The notes under the pieces were generated by a model. That model saw only the letters and a program-made list of their open reading frames with translations. It did not search any database and was not told the DNA's origin. From Octopus sinensis (taxonomy: Eukaryota), in NCBI RefSeq assembly GCF_006345805.1, contig NC_043005.1:36766001-36830000 (forward strand): DNA of 64,000 nucleotides, in the 5' to 3' direction. The translations under genes and the position numbers were made by a program. Shown here piece by piece: positions 56,529-64,000 of the stretch (positions are counted from its first letter, which is position 1; each line of letters begins with the position of its first letter).

Positions 56529-56758
56529 GCGCACAGACACATACACACATGTATGAATACTGTCTGAATAATATATATATATATATATATGTATGTATGT
56601 CACCATAGATACGCATATATACGTGAGTATATGAATATGCGTATACATATACATACACAGACATGCACACACACACACACACACACACACCACACACACA
56701 CACACACACGCACACACACACACACACACACACACCACACACACACACACACACACAC

Positions 56759-56806
<48 letters not shown>

Positions 56807-57333
56807 AATATATATATATATTCCGTCTGTCTCTTATTTGAAGAATTGGCTATTGCCAATTTTGAAAAACAGTTAAGGTTGAGTGAATATCAAAGTAATA
56901 TGTTAGCAATAATCAATAGAAGCACAATCAACAGACAGATGTTGACCTTCAATATACGTATCAATAGAACTATTAATTATTTCCAGAGAGAGATGAAGAG
57001 AGAGAAACAGAAAGAGAGAGGAGGAGAGAGAGAAAGAGATGAGATGAGATTGCTTATTGTAGAAATACCTGCAGAACATTGTTGCTGAGATCGGAGTAGG
57101 CCAGATGAATGAATACGCCAACTGATGTCTGTTTACTCTAATTTTTCAGCCAACAACAACGATGATGACTACAATGACGGTAACAACAACAATAACAACA
57201 ACAATGTTACTGACATTGATAAACAAGAACAAAAACATAAAAAATGTCAATACCAGCAGTGATAATACAAATAACAATGTACACACACATACACATACAT
57301 ATATATAATTGTATTAGTTCAATTGTATATATG

Positions 57334-57413
<80 letters not shown>

Positions 57414-57612
57414 AACAGAGAACCCATATATAGATAAATGTATCCACACACACACGTGTAATTTAATTGTATGTATATGAACAGATTTCTCTAATATTGT
57501 AACAAGGTTTTGATTTGTGTATCGCTGAAATAGTTTTTATTTTTTCCTGTCTTCTTTTTCATATATAACAGAATATCTTTGTACAATGTACCAAGATAAA
57601 ATAATAGTAATA

Positions 57613-57826
57613 TCCCCTTTCACCTTTAGGCCCAAGGCCTGAAATTTTGGGGGTGGTTGCTAATCGATTACATCGACCCCATGCTTGACTGGTACTTTTT
57701 CATCGACTTCGAAAGAATGAAAGGCAAAGTCGAACACTGCGGAATTTGAACTCAAAACGTAAGGACGGACGAAATGCCGATAGGCATTTTGCCCGGCGTG
57801 CTAATAATTCTGCCAGCTCGCCGCCT
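57613..57826 (-). mobile_element. SINE family B
   Basis: Full head (aaggcggcgagctggcagaa on the minus strand) and central box. Confidence 0.85.
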
Positions 57827-57942
57827 TAAATATAATAGTGATAATACTGCTGCAGTAGTTTAGGCCGTGATCTGTTCTCATCCAACATTTCTACATCCAA
57901 GCTCTGACAGTATCCTCTCTTTACGAGAAACTAGGTCTACAC

Positions 57943-58292
57943 CGGCGGTTCTCAACAGGATGTGAGGGAGGGTCCTTATCACACTGGAGATCCATATAAG
58001 ATTTCTCTGGGTCCATGAAAGCAAAATAGTAAATTGGTTATTCACAGTAGTATTTGAGGGGTCCCTGAAAAAATTTTGGTTTAGATATATTTGTTGCAAG
58101 AAGCATCTATGTTTCTTTCTCTTACCTTTTACGCAGTTCCACTTAGAAGAGTTAATGTGGACATAACAAAATGGGAATTTTGAAAGAGGTATGTATAAAA
58201 CTAGTTGTTAGACATCGAATGACTATGGGGGTCCGCTAGAATAAAATTGTAATCAAAGAGGTCCAGAATTAAAATTTGGTTGACAACCACTA
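57943..58292. mobile_element. hAT (Charlie/Buster-like) MITE
   Basis: TIRs cggcggttctcaac / gttgacaaccacta; 8-bp TSD gtctacac / gtccatac (6/8); repeated internal ggtcc motifs. Confidence 0.75.
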
Positions 58293-58937
58293 GTCCATAC
58301 TACGTAATGTGGCGTTTCTTGATTTAAAAAAAAAATTATGACTGTTATTTCTAACAGTCCGAGCAACCACGATTTGACTTCGTAATTGGTTTGTAATATG
58401 TATGCGTTGTTTTCATACAACTTACATAACTGCGACCAGAGAGACACAGAGCTCGATATGTTGACTAGTTAATCAGATAACTTATCTATCAGATAGATGG
58501 ATGATTCAATATTATCTACTGAGACAGTCTCTGAGGATGTCAACACCGCAGACAACTCGACAATCGATATATCCACTCGACAGGCAGACTCTGTAGATTT
58601 CTAGTAGACATGGTAGGATTTAGAAGTTAACTGGATATTGTTGTCTCTTTGGATGGCTCCCTAGATATTGGTAAGATAACAAAAGTCTGTAGAGGGTAAA
58701 TTAAATAGACGCAAGCATAGGATTAACATGAAGCTGTCTAAAATGTCTTTTGTCTTTTCTTTTTTTTCAATATAAAATGGACTTGGATTTTTGTTTACAC
58801 AAACTTAGATGTTACCTACATGTGGACTTTTGACAGAAACATTATCTTTATGAAGGAGTATATTATTTTGGCCTGTGTCGTCAAAAATACGTTCAATTAA
58901 GTAATTAAAAAAATTGATGTTGACCATGATAACAATG

Positions 58938-60845
58938 GTTTCTGATTTAGGCACGAGACCAACAATTTCGAGGGGCCAACAATTAGTAGGTTCCATAGAT
59001 GCCAGTACTTGACAGGTATCTTATTTGTCGACCTCGAAAGGATGAAAGACAAAAATGACTTTGACAGTATTTGAACACAGAACCCAAGGAGCCGGAGCCA
59101 CTACTGAGAGGCATTTTTCTCGACGTTCTAATTATTCTGCCAGCTCACCACCTTTAAACTCTTAATGTCTTCAGATAACAAAATTTCTAAGAGAAGAGAT
59201 TACTTAATTACAGCGGCCTCTCTGCTAGACTGGTACTTTATTTCATCAACCTCGGAGGAATAAAAAGCAAAGTTGACCTACACGGGATTTGAATACATAT
59301 TGGTATTTTCTCTACAATTTAACGATTCTGTTAGCATGTTACCTTAATAATAATAATTATAATTATTTCAATTTTTTTCCACAAGAGTAGCTTGGGGAAG
59401 GTGAAGTTGAGTCGATTACATTGACCCCAGTGTTCAACTGGTACTTATTTTATCGACTGCGAAAGGATGAAAAGCAAAGTCGACTTCGGCGGAATTTGAA
59501 CTCAGAACGTTATGAGGGGCGAAATACCGCTAAGCATTTTCTCCACCGTCCTAACCATCCCTTTTGTTAGAGGTGCATTAGGAACTATCCCTAAAGATTT
59601 CAGCAGACGAATAGATGAAATAGGCATAAAGCCTCGTTTAGTGCAACTCCAGGAAACATAGTCGCTAGGGACAGCTAGGATATCTAGGAAGGTTCTTTGC
59701 ATCTAAGGTTACTTGTTGTAGCCTGATGTTAGGAATTTTTCTTTTCCATCAGTCTAATTTGTTGTGCGTATGAGAAATAATAGTGATGATGATGATAACA
59801 ACAACAACAACAACAACAATAATAATAATAATCCTTTCTACTTTAGGCACAAGGCCTGACATTTTCGGGGAAAGGTCTAGTCTATTACATCGACTCCATA
59901 CTTGATCGGTACTTATTTAAGCGAACACGAAACAAGGAAAGGCAAAGTCGACCTCGGCGGAATTTGAACTTAGAACATAGCAATAGTAGCAACAGACAAA
60001 ATACCGCCCGGCATGCTAACGATTCTGCCAGCTCGCCACCTTTTTCATAATATTACTTTCAAATTTTTGCACTAGGCCAATAATTTCAGATGAGGGGATA
60101 AATCGATTACATTGACCCAATGCTCAACTATCACTTATTTTATCGACCCCGAAATGATGAAAGACAATGTCTACCTCTGCGGAGGAAATACCCATTTCTT
60201 TATTACCCACAAGGGGCTAAACACAGAGGGAACAAACAAGGACAGACATAGGTATTAAGTCGATTACATAGACCCCAGTGCGTAACTGGTACTTAATTTA
60301 TCGACCCCGAAAGGATGAGAGGCAAAGTCGACCTCGGCGGAATTTGAACTCACAACGTAACGCAGACGAAATACCGCTAAGCATTTCGCCCGGTGTGCTA
60401 ACGTTTCTGCCAGCTAAGTATTTTGTCTGTCGTCTTAACGATTTTGCCAGCTCGCTGCCTTGCTGCCTTTACAAGAACTATTATTATATCATGTTCTGTG
60501 AAAAGAAAAATTCTAATCTTTGGGGAAGCGCTCTTGATTGCCCTTATGAGATTCACGACTGCTCTTTCTTGAAGTATTATTATACTCTTATCTAGCATAG
60601 CTAAAATGGTCTATTGTTATTAATAAGTGATATATGTAAAGCGGTGAGCTGGCAGAATCGTTACCGCGCCGGAAAATGCTTAGCGGCATTTCGTCCGTCT
60701 TTACTTTCTGAAATAAATTCCGCTGAGGTCGACTTTATCTTTCATCTTTTCGTGGTCGATAAAATATGTACCAGTTGTGTACTGGAGTCGATGTAATCGA
60801 CTGTCCTCTCCCCATATTTCAAGCCTTGTGCCTAAAGTAGAAAAT
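58938..60845. mobile_element. Dense cluster of ~8 SINE family B copies or fragments (all minus except 60640-60845)
   Basis: Copies start near 58938, 59200, 59365, 59832, 60055, 60193, 60415 and 60640. Confidence 0.85.
59554..59780 (+). mobile_element. Second Dong/R4-type 3' fragment
   Basis: TIPFVRGALGTIPKDF...LVQLQET*SLGTARISRKVLCI* (stop 59704-59706), 3' UTR, then a trinucleotide tail. Confidence 0.75.
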
Positions 60846-61546
60846 ATTATTCAGTTATATATGTATATGCATGCATACAACAGTATATATACATTATACA
60901 GTGAAAGTCAACTAAAAGAATTAAGATTACGTACATGTGTAACATCTCGAGTTGGTACCCTCACTTTGTTTCGCTTGTAACCATGACAGCAATTTAACAA
61001 CACGTTTACTTCATATTGCTACATCTAATTTTATGAAGCACTTAAAGATCAAAAGTCGAACTTTTTCTGACAAATTTCCAATTTGATCTGCTAGAATTCA
61101 AACTGACAAAATTTATTATCTCGTTTGAAAATCTTTAAGTGAATTAATATTTTTACAACCACTTCTAATTGATATGGTCGCTAGTATGGCGTGAAAAACA
61201 CAAAACAACTCTTGTTTTTGCTATTTTTCACTCTATCTGTAATGGTACGAATTTATGTGTCGTCATTTAAGTCCCTCGGCTATACCATCGACCATTCCAA
61301 CTCTACATATTCAGTGATTTGCCGTTATAGATATATCAGGCATATCATCTCACTTTTTCTCGATGCCATCTCATGTCTTCGTTTCATTTACTACTGCCAT
61401 TATCTCATGCCGATCTCTCTCTCTCTCACACACACACTCACACACACTCACACACACACACTCACACAAACGCTCTCATACATATCTATCCCCTTCTCTC
61501 TCGCTCTTTCTCTCTTCCTCTCTCTCTTTCTCTGTCCGTCTGTCTT

Positions 61547-61622
<76 letters not shown>

Positions 61623-62199
61623 GCTGAAGAAGACTAATCAAATTTACTATAACAAACGTATTTGAAGTGTCCGAAACCTAGGTACTAAATTATTCAATTC
61701 TGAGCTGTCCATTTATCTAATGTTTTTCCTGGAGATAAGACGAAATTGTTTATGCTTGTTACCCTCACACATCTTTGCCAGTATATACTCAGTGAAGCTT
61801 TACTATAGCGTCGTAAATTTATCGATTGCTATTTCCAGTAAACATTGATGCCTTAATGTACCACTACTTTCTCTCTCTCTCTCCCTCCATATATATATAT
61901 ATATATATAGACAACTGTAATGTTTTAATGAGGAAATTGAGGGTGTCTACTTTGACCAACAAATCTTAAAATGGCCTGTGACAAGTTTCGTCTCTCTTTT
62001 TCCACGAATCAAAAGCATAGAATGCTAAGTGGCCATAGATTTGAAGTGATTGTTACCCCCATTTCTTGTCAAGGTCTAATACTAAATATGCATTCTACGA
62101 AATGCATTGCGTAACACTCCAGTTTGATGTTAAATTGGTTTTATTATAACCCAGTAAAAACACACACACACACAAACTCCACACACATTCACACACACA

Positions 62200-63960
62200 T
62201 AACTTAAATAACTTAGGTTTCGGTCAGTATAGTCTCAGGCAATGTCTAACGTAATTGCATCAACTGGTGAAGTCTTTTAGACATATATGGGGCACTATGG
62301 CCCACTCTAGCAAAGAGTTATTGTTGGAGACATATCCGGGTGTAGGAAGTTGGTCCAGGATTTTTTGGAGAACTTTGTCCAGAGAACTTTTGAATTTTAT
62401 GAGATGTTTCCGTTTTGACGCATTTTGGTATAATATTAAAGAGAGCTTGAACTGTTGAGGTAAAGTAGTTGTGTCGTAATGTTGTTATGTGTCTTGAGTT
62501 CGATTATTTTTGTGGGCGGATAGCACGGGGCCAAGTCTTGGGTGGATTTTAAAACTGATGCCAACATCATTTGTGCAATATTGATGGAATATTTTCCACA
62601 TGGCACAAATGATGTAGCGCTCACGGTAGCGTTGGGAGAGTAGATTTTAAGATATTTTAGTCGAACTCAATAGTCAATGCCTGTCATGCCGTCTATCTTT
62701 CTTATTACTGATCTGTGGAGTGCTTCCACTTTCATAATGAGTTGCTTCGTGTGGGGAGACTATTGTGAGCAACAGTATTGAAGGTGTGGTCGGAAAAAAG
62801 TAGAGCAGAGAAGGATGATAGTGTGAGCATCTCTAGACCAGAAAGTTCTCAAAATCCAGGAGCACATCTAGTAGGCCAAGTCAATCTTGCTGTTTACATG
62901 GAAACGCCAGCTTAAATTGTTATCAACAATTATTCCAAGGTCTCTGGTGTTGTTGGAGGATATTAGGGAGTCAACCGAGGGAAGGGCATATGGAGGTTTT
63001 AAAGTATTCCCTTTTCCAAAGTGGATCAAATTAAACTTATCTTAATTTAGAAGCATATTGTTCTTTTCTGCTCATTAGAGTTTGGAATCATTTGCAAAGA
63101 TTTTCAATGTACAATGTCTAATGACGTCTACTGTCAGTGATGTAGATAATGAAGACGAGTGGACCCAACACAGTACCTTGTGGGACACCACCACTGACTT
63201 TGGCTGAACTTGACCAGATTCCCTGAAGCACATTTTGGGTTCTGCTCCTCAGAAAACACTTTATCCATTGCATCTCCTTCCCATGGACTCAAGTATTAGA
63301 CAGTTACTTTAGCAGGATTTTGTGGTCCCCTCCGTCAAATGCCTTGCTGAAATCAAGGTATATGACGTCAGTGTTGGAGCCTTCCCCCAACGCTTTTAAG
63401 ATGTCATGAAAATGGTGCAGAAACTGCGACAGGCAGTTCTTGCCATCACGGAAACCATGCTGGTTGTGGTCCAGCAGATTGTTGTCTCCGAGGACGTGGG
63501 TTATTCGCGATCTCACCACCCTCTCAAATACGTTAATGATATGGGAGGTGAGTAAAATCGGACGGTTGTTCACTACAAGAGATTTGTTTCCCTTTTTGAA
63601 AACTGGGACGACAGACTGGGGAAGAAAATGATCAGGAATGTCGCCTGCGTCAAGTGAGTTCCTCCAGAGTTTAGCTAGAAGATGTGCAACTTGATATCGA
63701 AACATCTTCAGGACAGTGGCCAGAAACCTATCGGAACCTAATGCCAAGTTGTGCTTGATTTTATTATTTCTGTTAAGATATCAGGAGCATCAAAATTTAT
63801 GTCAGATATGATTAGTTGAGGGTTTACTTCACCGATACTAGCCAGACCAACCACATTAGCGTTACTGAAAACAGAGCAGTATTGTTTCTACATTATTTCG
63901 CACATGGATTTTGCGTTATCATGTAAGTGTTGCTTTCATCAACCAGAACACCAACAGTGA
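62200..63960 (-). mobile_element. CR1/L2-group LINE ORF2 pseudogene (reverse transcriptase domain to 3' end)
   Basis: VVPVFKKG...RPILLTS...NQHGFRDG...DVIYLDFSKAFD...SGGVPQGTVLGP...FAND (degenerate catalytic motif)...RPHLQYC...YSLQRYRERY...PGYVSNNNSLLEW; multiple stops and frameshifts. Confidence 0.92.
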
Positions 63961-64000
63961 AAACAGCGTCTTTATGCTTTTTTCTTTTTCTTTTGTTTGC

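Noticed and set aside
58938-60845. Repeat-spacer-like pattern suggesting a CRISPR array
   Set aside because: Units are ~200-bp diverged SINEs with irregular spacing in eukaryotic DNA; no cas genes.

Overview
AT-rich, microsatellite-saturated eukaryotic non-coding DNA. The tRNA-derived SINE families and repeat density suggest an octopus (coleoid cephalopod) genome; this is inferred from recognition, not from a database search. I find no intact host protein-coding exon. Almost all listed ORFs are translated microsatellites, and the real coding remnants are transposon-derived: two CR1/L2-group LINE pieces, two Penelope GIY-YIG ends, two Dong/R4-type 3' ends and an internally deleted mariner. The window also holds a hAT MITE and more than 20 SINE copies from three families. 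The most interesting signals are: (1) a textbook recursive-splice (AG|GTGAGT) site with a stop-filled 81-nt RS-exon at 44.36 kb, suggesting the window lies inside a very long plus-strand intron; (2) six minimal hammerhead-ribozyme-like motifs in Penelope-type repeats, five of them antisense; (3) a SINE family with one head and three different 3' tails, each copy with a clean TSD; and (4) several long inverted repeats that could form dsRNA. Coordinates of degenerate elements are approximate.
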